Positions 24,443 to 36,680 of a DNA stretch of 64,000 nt are shown in pieces. Made by a program: the position numbers and the translations under genes. Numbering within the stretch: position 1 is the stretch's first letter; every line of letters starts with the position of its first letter. Origin of the DNA: Octopus sinensis (taxonomy: Eukaryota); the NCBI RefSeq assembly GCF_006345805.1, contig NW_021835960.1, forward strand, positions 1 through 64,000. The letters run 5' to 3'. The notes beneath the pieces were generated by a model, which saw only the letters and a list, made by a program, of their open reading frames with translations, was not told the origin of the DNA and did not search any database.

Positions 24443-26465
24443 ATATATATACATACACATTTATACATATATATATTGTATTCATTTTGTTTTACATTTA
24501 CTCTGATTTTAGAATCACCATTATTTTGGCGCATAGCTTCTTTCTTTCTGATTGCAAAATATCAATCTTCTTGATTACATTTGTGTACTTCACCTTTATC
24601 ATGGAATATAAATTGAATGTGGCTAAGCGAGAACGTAAAAGTTGAAGGCAAACAGACATAAAGCCTGGTCACATTTGCTATATGTCAAGAATTTTTTTTT
24701 TTTTTTTTTGATTTTTGTAGTCTTTTAAATTTTGCTTTTTTTTTTCTTGAACTTTAATGCTTTTCAACTTTATATAACTTAATATAACCGATAGGTTGCA
24801 TGAGATGATAGATCAATATAACATTATATTGAATTTACGTGTGAAGCTTGTTTGAACTGCTGATGGAAACTAGATCTTCTGTAACTATTGTTGGTAATTA
24901 TTATTATCATTATTATTATTAGTTTGTTATTACTCATGTTCTTTTATTTTACAGGCCGGACTGTTGACTCTCTCTATATAAGTCAGTCAATTACGACTAT
25001 TCTATGTTAGTATATACAATTGAGAACTAGTTGCCTGCTTATAAGAGCACAAACGGTTTTAATTCTAAAGGTGGTGACTGTCATTGATTCAGGCATTCAT
25101 TTGGCTCATTCACATCATAATGTGGTTAAGAACTGAGTGGGTTGAGGGGGTGTTTGGAGTAGTGATGTTGTTGTTGACTTGCTGCTTAGATCCAGGTAAA
25201 TGTTTTGGTAAACATTGCTTGATCAAGCATGTGATCAAGGCTGTGATCAATGGCAGCCTTGTTATGATCATAATGTGTTTTTATAGATGCATAAGAGTAC
25301 ATCTCATGCAGGAGTTCTCAAAGTGACAAACATCAGAACCCTCTCCCCCACTTCATTAGTCATTACCACCTTCTTTCTTAATTGCTTCTAATTGAAGTAC
25401 AAGGTCAGTAGTTTCGAGTTGAGGGTGTTAGGTGATTACATGAATCACAATGCTTGATCCATAGTTTATTTTATCAACTCTTGACAGATGAAAGGCCAAA
25501 GTTGACCTCAGCAAGATTTGAACTCAGAATGTAGACAGCTGATGCTCTTCTGATTCTACCAATCCATCACTTTGCACCACCTCTTTGCTGCAAAGGAACA
25601 CACGTGCACGAGTCAGATTGTTCCCATAACATTTCTGTTTTAGCATTCTGCCAGTATTTAACTTATATTTTCCCACCCATCTTGGTTTTGGGCTTTCTTT
25701 ATGCATTCCAATATTTTCACCTTTGTCTACATCTCAGTATCATTGAATCACTTTCTCCTTGGTTACCCTCTTCTCTTTTTACTTCTTTATATTTTCTAAA
25801 CACACTGTGTTTGTATGTGACCCCCACTCAGTCTACTGAATCATTTCATTTTCCTTCATTGTGTAGTTTTTATTAGTCTTTATTCTTCTCAGTCAACACA
25901 TCCTTTTCAATACTAGATTGACTGAGACAGTCATTGATTATTTAATACAAACTTCCTGCATTAAAGAGATCTAAATTAAAACCTTCATTCAAAATTTCAT
26001 GTTAATTTATGTTTCAAACACCAGCTTAATAATGACAAAATTATTTTCTTAATTTATTTCATTATTTTCAAAATTTATTGAAACAGAAGCAGTGCATTTC
26101 AACAGAAATATAGTAACAAAAATGATTAAGCTATTGTAAATCCAACTGGCTTGTTCAGTAATCCTTCCATTAAATTTTCTAAATATCCCGGTATTTTCTG
26201 ATTGTACTCAAAAACTCACTGTGTTCTTGCAGTGTGCAGCACTCAAGTATGCTGTAACACATTGATTGTAGAGCCTCTGAATTAGAAGAGATAAACTATT
26301 TATTCTTTGACCCCACAGCCAGCCTTGGCCTTGTTATTGTTGTTTTTTGCCCCCAAATAAGCTCTGATTGAGTAGATCTATAATCAAACATGTTCCAGCA
26401 ATAAGCATCTTATCTTATTGTATTATCCATGATTACATTGTCTGATGTGTCCTTTATTTATAATG

Positions 26466-26948
26466 GTCATCATCATCATTGTTCGACCGTGGTTGAGACA
26501 ATGGAATTTACTATGCTACGCCAGACTTCATGGTCCATCATAGCATTACGGAGGTCCTGTTGCTGGATGCCTGTATCCCTGTGCACCCTCTGGTAACGCG
26601 AGTAGATTGCTTCCAGAGGAGAAGAGTAGAAATTGCCTCATTTTCAGCTCTACAACAATGTCCAGCAAACTGGACTCTTCTACCTTTCACAAGAGATGAT
26701 ACAGATGGTAGTTTCCCATATATTTGTACTTTGGTTGGATGGCGCTTCCGCAAGAGATTTTGAGCTCTCATAAGGAGGCAAGTGTAAGTTCCAACCAACC
26801 GCCTCTCAAGCTTCTTTGATAATGTCCAGGTTTCTGAGCCATATAGTAGAATTGGTTCGACTGTGGCTTTGAAGATTTTGAGTTTGAAATCTCTACTTAG
26901 ATTTGATGACCAGATCTTATGCATATCATTACAGGCTGACCAGGCCAT
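26466..26948 (-). mobile_element. 5'-truncated RTE/RTE-X LINE (ORF2 C-terminus)
   Basis: ORF AWSACNDMHKIWSSNLSRDFKLKIFKATVEPILLYGSETWTLSKKLERRL...RRVQFAGHC; after a probable frameshifting deletion continues RDTGIQQQDLRNAMMDHEVWRSIVNSIVSTTVEQ*; (TGA)n tail. Confidence 0.9.
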
Positions 26949-27658
26949 ACCCTTTCTAGTTAGAAAATCTTTTCCAGATGACGATATGTATGACCCAAGA
27001 TATTTGTAATATGTTTACATATTCAGTCTTGGACTCATTGAGGTAAAGACCTATAATGGTAGGGTATGATTTGAAAGAGATTTGGCTGCTATTTCTGGGA
27101 GGTCAAGTGACCTTGTATAAGCACCCTCATTGGTTTAATGGCTCAAATTATTTTGATGTGCTGATATGTATCTATTCTATCTTGTTATCAATAAAATAAA
27201 CTTGCAAGTCAAATACTCGGTTAATTTACTCACACAAGATGACAAAGGACTGAGATACTCGGTGCTTTGCTGTACTAACAGCAGAAATGTTAAGACCATT
27301 CCCCCTTGTGAAGGGGATTGGTCTGCAAGAGTCTTGTGCTGGTGCCACATAAAAAGCACTCATGCTGGTGCCATGTGACAGTGCTCACGCCAGTGCCACA
27401 TTAAAAGCACCCAGCACCCACTCTAATGTAGTTGGCATTAGGAAGGGCATCCAGCCATAGAACCATAGAAACCAAGCCAAATCAAACTAGAACTTAATGC
27501 AGCTCTCTCTAGTTCTCTGGTCAAACCGTCTAACCCATGCCAGCATGGAAAATGGACGTTAAAGGACGATGATAATGATGATGATGATGATAATAATGAT
27601 GATACTTGTGCCTGACAACAAATTCCTCTTAGTACCATTAGCACTAGTGTGGAAGAAA

Positions 27659-27719
27659 GTGTAATCCTAATGACCACAGCACTCCTGTGTGGAATGCTGT
27701 GGTCATCATTAGCTTGCAT
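27659..27719 (+). ncRNA. miRNA-like hairpin (candidate)
   Basis: gtgtaa/ttgcat, ctaatg/cattag, accacagca/tgctgtggt and tcc/gga stems with a 5-nt loop; not part of a recognised repeat. Confidence 0.3.
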
Positions 27720-28009
27720 AAACATAATAATCAAACAAAATTACACAAATCCTATAATTAACAGGATGTGTGCCATGTTTGTCATTGTGTCCAATAAAAG
27801 AACCTCATTATTTGATTGCTGCTTTTTTTTCTTCTGTTTACAATGGCTATGTGGTTAACATGCTCACTTTCCAATCACATGGTTTTGGGTTCAGTCCCAC
27901 TACACAGCATCTTGGACGAGTGTCTTCTACAATAGCCCCTGGCAAACCAATGCCTTATGAGTGAATTTGGTAGACAGAATCTGTGTGTGTGTGTGTGTGT
28001 ATAACAGGT

Positions 28010-28310
28010 TATGATGGTGTGGGTTCCAGCTGATCAAATCAATGAAACCGCCTGCTTGTGAAATTAACATGCAAATGGCTGAGCACTCCACAGACACGTG
28101 TACCCTTAATGTAAGTTCTCAGGGAGATTCAGTGTGACACAGATTGTGACAAGGCTGGGCCTTTGAAATACAGGTACTACTCATTTTTGCCAGCTGAGTG
28201 GACTGGAGACGATGTGAAATAAAGTGTCTTGCTTAAGGACACAATGCATTGCTGGGAATTGAACTCACAATCTTATGATCTTGAGCTGGACACCCTAACT
28301 ACTAAGCCAT
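28010..28310 (-). mobile_element. SINE family C variant
   Basis: Reverse complement homolog of 59960-60260 (gtggctgagtgctcc / cagccacttgcatgttaatttca). Confidence 0.8.
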
Positions 28311-28870
28311 ACACATTCACACACATAATTGTGTATGTGTGTATACATGTGCTTGTGTGTTTGTGTCTGTGTTTTATCTCCCTCTCACCACCTGACAACC
28401 AGTGATGGTTTGTTTACATCCTCATAACGTAGTGCTTCGGACAAAAGAGACAAATAGATAAGCACCAGGCTGAAAAAAATAAGTAGTGAAGTTGATCTGT
28501 TTGACTAAACCTTTCAAGGCAGTGCCCCAACAATGGCTGCAGTCCAATGATTTAAGCATGTAAAAGGTATAAGATAAATCTGTTTATCCTAAGATTAACA
28601 GATATTTACAAAAGGATAAATAGTCAAATGAAGAGATAGTTGCCAGATTTACTAATTGGTAGATTTACAAATATCTGTTTGACACAAGGCTAGCAATTTC
28701 GGGTGTAGGGGGTAAATCAATTACATCAACCCTAGTTCGCAACTGGTACTTATTTTATCATCCCCTAAAAGCTGTTATTTATGATGATGATGACTTATCT
28801 CTGTGTCACTCCCAATTGAGAAGACTTTTGATCAAAGGCGTTCCAGCCATGACCATCCCAATTTTTGTAG

Positions 28871-28915
28871 CATTGAGTCACCCGATTTGACACCATCACC
28901 TGGTATCTTCCTCGG
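28871..28915 (+). CDS. candidate 45-nt exon IESPDLTPSPGIFLG
   Basis: atttttgtag|...ctcgg|gtgagt; only the phase-2 frame is open. Confidence 0.25.
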
Positions 28916-30269
28916 GTGAGTTTATCAGTGTTCATTTTGATGCAAACATTTGGGTTAGATCTGGTTCAAGGTAAAGTCTCCTGCTTTTCTCCCTCTCTCT
29001 CTCTCGTCAGTCTTGGATGATTTATTAAGGGGCATGGCCATTACCTCTTCCCCTGACCAAGCAGTACCTCTACTCTACAAAGCTATGTTATCCAATATAG
29101 CCTTTTGAAAGACAATAGAATGTAATTTGCAGTACATATGGCTGCTGCTATTTCTAGCAGGTCGGGCAATCACATTGAGTTTCCCCATCCTCCCTTTGGT
29201 TTGTCAGATTGACAAGTTTTATATGTATGCTTAGCCTGGTGTATAATAGGAATCTGATGCTGAGGTAAGATAGGAATGTGCTCAGAATTGTGCCATGGAT
29301 CTGTATATATATACCATTGTTCGTTTGAAACAGATGGCAGCCTATTTATGTCTCTTCTCTGTGTAAAATACTACACAGATAGTCATTCATCTGCTACATT
29401 TGGGAAGCAGATTTAAACTTGGTCTCCTGATGCTGTCAATTCTAGAAATGGCTCAAAAATGAAAAGGAGGAGGACGGCGTCGGCGGCGACGAAGGGGAGG
29501 AGCGGGAAGAGAAAAGACGAAGAAGAAGAAGAAGGAAAAGAAATAACAAAGCTTGTTTTTAGTTCTGTCTATAAATTACTGCTGTTTGCAGTTTGATTTT
29601 TCTTCAATGAATCATATTAGTGTTTAATACAACACTCTTGTATGTATGCGTGTGTTCTATGTACATACATATATATGTATGTATGTATGAATGTGTCTGT
29701 ATATGTGTTTGTTTGTGTGTGTGCGTGTGTATGTATCATCATCATTGAACGTCCGCTTTCCTTGCTGGCATAGTTATGTACGTGTGTCTGTGAATATGTA
29801 TGTGAATATGAAACAAAATGAATATATTTATTCTTATTACCCTGCCATAAGCATGTTAAGAATTTTTTTTCCTCTACTGAATATGACTGAAAGATAATAT
29901 TGTACTTCATATTTTCTATGAATGCTTCTTTCTAGGGAAGAGAAAAAGCGAGAAAGAGGGAGGGAGAGAAAAGAAACTAATATCTATTTTAAAATAGATA
30001 TTTTATCAGTTTTCTTTTTGCTTATTGTATTCACCTACAACTTCAGCATTGAAATGAAAGCATAAGTTTATTTTATTTTATTTTGAAGAATATACTTTCT
30101 TTCGTAATTATCATGAATCTCCATATATTTAACATACGCTTTTCCTCACCAAAATTAAAATTAATATTAGTTATTTGTTGTTGTTGTTGTTAAGCAACAA
30201 GATGGGTAAGGGTGATTAGGTGATGGTCTAGGGCTTAGGGGTGGGAGACCCCAGACCTTGGAAAAAAAA

Positions 30270-30385
30270 AACTTTGGTCATCTTGTTGTAGTCGAGGGCT
30301 CTTCGTTGATGCCCAACACCACTGGGAGGTGGCCCTCGAAGTTGCTGGAAATGGAGATCTCCAGGTCCAAATTCTTGGACAGCTT
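30270..30385 (-). pseudogene. GC3-rich coding fragment of unknown origin
   Basis: KLSKNLDLEISISSNFEGHLPVVLGINEE then, after a 1-nt shift, ALDYNKMTKV; 25 of the first 29 codons end in G/C. Confidence 0.45.
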
Positions 30386-32314
30386 AGTTATTTGTATAAG
30401 GTGGTGAGATGGCAGAATCATTAACATGCCAGATAAAATGCTTAGCCTTCTGAGTTCTAATTCTGCTGAGATCAGCTTAACCTTTCACCCTTTTGGGGGT
30501 TGATAAAATAAGACTAGTTGAGAACTAGAGTCAATGTAATCAATTTACTCCCTCTCTCAAAATTGCTGGCTTTGTACCAAAATTTGAAACCAATATTATG
30601 TGTTTAATACATAAATCTTTAGTTAAATATATTCAATGAGAATATTATAAACTGAATTTATATTGAGTGCTCTATTGTATCAAAGTATTGATACTATTAA
30701 AGTATTTATATATTTAATACAACTGATTATAAATATTTTATAATATATTATTATTAATATCAGGAAATCAATATTAGAAAATTCTTCAGAAAGATATATG
30801 TGTGTGTAAAATAATTATTGTATTAAAAATATAAATATATATATATAAATATATGTATAAGTATAAATATATAATATATATGTTAGTTTAAAAGTTTTGA
30901 ATTAAGTTTTTAAAGCATCTTACAATCGTTTCACAGAAGTGCTGTCTCTATAATGGAGTCCTATATTGATAAGCATTTATAGACAACTCTTCTGCTCTTC
31001 AGAGATATAAAATTTGAATTTTGTATAATATATCAAATGGCTTTTTTTTTTTTTAAATTTGAAGTAATATTATAAAATGGTGTTTGTTTGAAATATAAAT
31101 TAAAAATTACTGCCTTTGATTTTGGTAAGTACACTTTAGTATGAGAGCCATGTGTTTAATACATGATATAAGATTGCAAAGTTTTTCACTGATAAACTTT
31201 TATTAAAGAAAAAAAAACAAAAACAACCTACAATGTAATAAAGCTTTATTATAAGGAAGCTTTAAAAGTTGATATATTGGATTATAGAAGATTGAAGATT
31301 ACCTCCTCTTGAGTAGTTGTGTAACACTGTGTTATCCAAAGCATTATAAGGTCTTAAAGACAATTTAGGCATGAAACATGATGCATGCTATACAGTCTTA
31401 TTATATAAGGGCTTATACATATATAACAGTGTGTGTTATACATGTATAATAATCCTATGTAAAACTCTACCATATATGACATTGTGTGCTCTAGGGATTT
31501 TAACAGAATTCAGGCACAAAATTCATGATGTCCATTATACATGGGGTTTAACAGTATTAAAACCATTCATTCTTCTCTTCAATCAACTCCTTCTCCTCCT
31601 CCTCATCAAGTCATCAATGTCTTCTTGCTCATCATCATCATCATTATTGTCTTCATCATCACCACCACCGACTGTCATGATGCTGGTAGTAGTAGTAATG
31701 ATGATGATGATGGATAGGTAGATAGTGTTACTATTGCTAGTCGTTGTTGTTTAACATCATAATTCAGAACTGATTAAACTAACCTATAAGATAAAAGGTA
31801 TTCTAGTCTTGACCATTCTGTCCTTTTTACCTATTTACTGGGAGTCCAGTGGCATGCTTCATGACATGTCCTTTTCTTAAGATGCTAGAGGAGTGAGTTG
31901 AAAGAGACTTAGACTAGCAATCGAGTAGATGTTTAATACCTGATATATAAAAATAAATTCTTATAATATATATTTTCAGAGTTTGATTTATTGAGCCTGG
32001 AAGGTAGAAAGGCAAAGCCAACCTTAGTGAGATCTAAATGTAGAGTGCATAAAGGCATAACGAAATACAATTTTGCATTGAATCCAAGCCATTGAGAGAG
32101 CTTCTTCATGGTTGATTGATCTGCCAAAAGTAAAAATCTCTATCAAAAAGTAGATGGAGAGACATATTGGATTACATATATCATGCATGCTGGCAAAAGT
32201 ATACTTCCAAAGATACCTGACGTATGACAGGAGATAGTCTAATTATTATTATGTTGGACCTTGGGAAGGTTGTTATTATTATTATTATTATTATCATTAT
32301 TATTATTATTATTA

Positions 32315-32790
32315 AGGTGATGGGCTGGCAGAATTGGTAGTACACTGGATGAAATGCTTAGCTGTATTTCGTCTGTTCTGAGTTCAAATTCTGCTCAGCT
32401 CAACTCTGCCTTTCATCTTTTTGGGGCCAATAAATTAAGTACCACGGAGGCGCATGGTTTAGGGTGTCAGCATCATGATCGTAAGATTGTGGTTTCAATT
32501 CCTGGACCGGGCGACTCATTGTGTTCTTGAGCAAAACACTTCATTTCACGCTTCTCGAGTCCACTCAGCTAGCAAAAATGAGTAACACTGCGATGGACTG
32601 GCGTCCCATCCAGCTGGAGAATACATACGCCATTGAAACCGGGAAACCAGGCCCATTTGCCTGGCTAGGCTTTAAAAGGGCGCATTTATTTTATTTTTAT
32701 TAAATTAAGTACCAGTGAAACACTGGGGGGTCAATGTAATTGACTAGTCCCTTCCTCCAAAATTTCAGGCCTTGTGCCTTTAGTAGAAAG
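32315..32790 (+). mobile_element. SINE family B with nested SINE insertion
   Basis: Family B is split at its conserved taaattaagtacca motif. Confidence 0.85.
32445..32700 (+). mobile_element. tRNA-derived SINE (V/Meta-like ctgcgatggactggcgtcccatccag domain) with 14-bp TSD
   Basis: taaattaagtacca at 32431-32444 and 32701-32714; B-box gtttcaattcc; T-rich tail. Confidence 0.9.
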
Positions 32791-33419
32791 GATTATTAGT
32801 ATTATTGTTAAGGCAGCGAGCTGGCAGAATCATTAGTATACCAGACGATATGCCGCTAAGCATTTTCTCCATCTTTATTTTCTTAGTTCAAATTCTGCCA
32901 AGGTCAACTTTACTTTTCATCCTTTTGGGATTGATAAAATAAGTACCAGTTAAACACTGGGGTCAATGTAATTGACTAGCCTACCTCACAATTTCAAGTC
33001 TTGTACCTATAATAGAAAGGATTATTATTACTGTTGTGGTTTTTGGTATTTAATTTCTTCTCCTTTTGTATTATTATTAATACCTTCCATGCCGGTGGCA
33101 CGTAAAAAGCACCATCCGAATCGTGGCCGATGCCAGTGCCGCCTTGACTGGCTTCCGTGCCGGTGGCACGTAAAATGCACCAATCCGACCATGGCCGTTG
33201 CCAGCCTCGCCTGGCACCTGTGCAGGTGGCACGTAAAAAGAAACAACTACACTCATGGAGTGGTTGGCGTTAGGAAGGGCATCCAGCTGTAGAAACATTG
33301 CCAGATAAGACTGGAGCCTGGTGCAGCCTTCTGGCTTCCCAGATCCCGGTCGAACCATCCAACCCATGCTAGCATGGAGAACGGACGTTAAACGATGATG
33401 ATGATGATGATGATGATGA

Positions 33420-33595
33420 CCTCTGCCTTCGCTAAGGTGGAGGTAATGCTTTCAGTCTGTTTGTTTGTCTGTCTGTGAATAAGATATCTCAAGAACCACT
33501 GGATGGATTTGGATGAAACTTTCAGGGATGTTTGGCCTTGTGAGTGGCACGATCTCATTAGATTTTGGGATTGATCTGGTACCGAGCAAGAATTC
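33420..33595 (+). mobile_element. Helentron/HINE-like non-autonomous fragment
   Basis: Hairpin acctctgcctt-cgct-aaggtggaggt, then (gttt/gtct)n and gatatctcaagaaccactggatggatttggatgaaacttt, typical of DINE-1/HINE-like repeats. Confidence 0.55.
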
Positions 33596-34191
33596 ATCAT
33601 CATCATCATCATCGTTTAACGTCCGTTTTCCGCACTAGCACGGGTTGGACGGTTCAACCGGGGTCTGGGAAGCCAGGGGCTGCTCCAGGCTCCAGTCTGA
33701 CCTGGCAGAGTTTCTATGGCTGGATGCCCTTCCTAACGCCAACCACTCCGCAAGTGTAGTGGGTGCTTTTTACGTGCCACCTGCACAGCTGGATTATTTT
33801 TCCGATTCTTTTTACTTTACATGTATATGTAAAATTTCACATAGTTCTCTTGTACACACACACTCACACATTTTCAGCATTATACATTACCATCCCATTT
33901 CCATTGTACACACACACACACACACACACACATGCAAACATACCTCTTTTTACACACACATGTACTCACACTTCAAACGCTGTGTATTGGCTTTTTCACT
34001 CCTTCCTTCATTTTTCATCTATCGCCCCTTCCTTTCTCATTCACATGACATTCTCTTTGCCACTTCGTTTCATCTCTCTCATTGTCATTACTTTCTCTAA
34101 CATCCTCTCAGTCATGGCTATTATTCTCACTACTTCCCCTTCACTGTATTAGTATTTCATCTCCTCTCCTCCACCTCTCACTCAATATATA

Positions 34192-35868
34192 TCTTATTAT
34201 TAAAAGGCAGATTTATCTGCCTCCCTTTGTAACTTATAGAAATCTACAATATAGGATTTCTTCAATTACAATTTACCTAGCATTTTTAAGAGTAGAATGC
34301 ATCGGGTCATGCCAGGTCCAGTTTTTAAAATTTAAACTCCAATTAAGCAAAATTTACAGAAAACTCACATTCTGGTGTGTATGTCAAATACTTTTCTTAA
34401 TGTGGTTTACACCACACGCACACAGTGTGCAACAAATAAAATGAAGTAAATAGCGACAGAGTGATTTGAGGAAGACTAAACTGAAAGTATTTAAACCACT
34501 ACTCAAAAAATAAAAAAAACACAGCAAACAGAAACAAATAAATACATAACGATTTACTCCTCACACAATTTCTTCAATTAGAGTTTACCTAATTTTTTCA
34601 AAGTACTCCATTCGGTCATGCCATAATATATTTCTTTCAATTTCACCCCCAATTAAGACAAAATTCGAAAAACTCAATATTTTAACATTTCACTCCGAAA
34701 GCATTGATGTACATGTGTGCGTGCATGAGTGTGTGTGTGTGGTGTGTGTTGATGGGTTGTGCGACACAGAAAGTGTGGTGTGTAAGTGAAGTGCTTTTGT
34801 TAGTGTGTGTAAAGAGACAGACAGAGTGAAAGACAGAAATAACTGAACTTTTTTTATTCACTTTTTGTAGTGAGTGACTGAGAGAGAAAAGAGAGATAGG
34901 TTATGTATGTATATATGTATGTATGACTTCAGTGACACACACACACAAAAACACATATCTACGTACACCTAAAGCACGCACACACACACACACACAGCGG
35001 AGCGCGAACTTCAAAATTTTGGTAGTATTAATTTGCCAGCGTACTTCTAAGCGCGCGTAATTGAAAGTTTTCACTATGATATCATCACGTGCGAAAAATT
35101 CGAAGGGTTTTGAACAATTGAGATACAGATGTCACGCCTGTATTGAAACCATTGCTAAGCTGCCGTAATTGCTTAATTAAGACTTTGTTTAAATTGAAAG
35201 GGGCAAATATGTGACGAGGTTAAAAAAAAAAAATACCCAGAAAAAAAATGTACTGCTGGTATTTATATATAATTCACTACATTTTTGCTACAATGTCATG
35301 AAAAGAAAAAATTTAGGTATGTAAATCGAATTCGCCACCCCCCTTTTCCCCGTTCGCGTTTGTGTAAAAAAAATTATTATTTAAGTTTTAAAAATTATTA
35401 TACTTTGTTCAAAAAAATATTAATATTAATTATTTTCAAGAATTATTTAATTTTATTCTGTAAAATAGTAATTAATTTAATTCATTTATCTGTAATCCTT
35501 CTCACGAGGTTCTTACTCAGGCACCTAGAATGGTATCCTTCAACTAACACTATCTCCTCCGAGACCCTGCGGCGCAAGTTGACCAAAATTGAGAGTATGG
35601 TAAGAAGAAGGTTGCTCTTCTTCTCTTCCTTAGGAACATAAATTCAAATTGGACCATCTTAACACCAAAAATTATTTACAAAAACAAAAAGAGCTTTTTT
35701 TTCTATGAAAATCCCTATTTTTTACGATTTTTTTCACTGCTGTGTTGCCACTTTTCGTGTATTTCGGTTATTTCGACCAGAAAAATGTTCACAAAATTTT
35801 TTACTTTTCAAAATTACAATTCCAGCGGGTCGAAACAAACCCGAGCAATGCCAGGCGATACTCGCTAG
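34192..35868 (+). mobile_element. non-autonomous Helitron
   Basis: A|TCttattattaaaa start; subterminal hairpin cgagcaatgccaggcgatactcg then CTAG|T; CpG-rich; 3' ~340 bp shared with 54693-55083. Confidence 0.85.
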
Positions 35869-36589
35869 TATATTATATTTGGATTATTTTTCCAATTTAG
35901 AGCGGTCGGGTCATTTCATTTTAGTATTCTTGCTAGTGAGCAGTTGATTTAATTTCAGATATTTCAATTTCTCATTTAAAAATCATCTCCAGCTAATCGT
36001 TGAGAGGATGTTGGTGTTTGTGCCGTTGGCGGAGGTTTGCACTCTCTGGGGCACTTGTTTTATTTTTATCTATTCTTGAACCCAGATAACTCTATGAGCA
36101 ATTATCAAGAAACTTTTGCAAATTTATTATATCTACATACATATATACATATGCATCACATAATATACATCATACATACATACATAATACATACGTAGCA
36201 TATTTACATATGCATATATATATATATTATATATATGCATATATTTACATACATATATACATATGCACACATAACATATACATACACACAACACACATGC
36301 ATACATACATAATTCTTCAACACACAAACTCACATAAAGAATCTTGCAAACCAAATCCAAAAACGAATTTAATAATGTTTTATGTAATTGTTTTTTTTGG
36401 GGGGAGGGAGATTTATTATAATCTATTTTGAAAGTGTATACATGTATGTTTTAATTATTTCTTCACTAATCACTGTGAACACAATTTCATCACCATATAA
36501 CTTAGGTTTGCATTGTTTTATATGCCAAAGACTGGGTATTTGGATTAATTTCTGACACATTTCTGGCAATATTTACCTTGTTAATTCTC

Positions 36590-36680
36590 TCAGACCGTAT
36601 TTCCTTTGCTTACCTTTTGGACCTTCTCCAGGTCATTGTCTCTTTTCAAATGATCTCCAGTAGTGGGTGAAGTCATTATT
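36590..36680 (-). mobile_element. CR1-like LINE relic
   Basis: SPTTGDHLKRDNDLEKVQKVA resembles the CR1 WSP...KDI..LE.VQ.RA motif. Confidence 0.45.
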
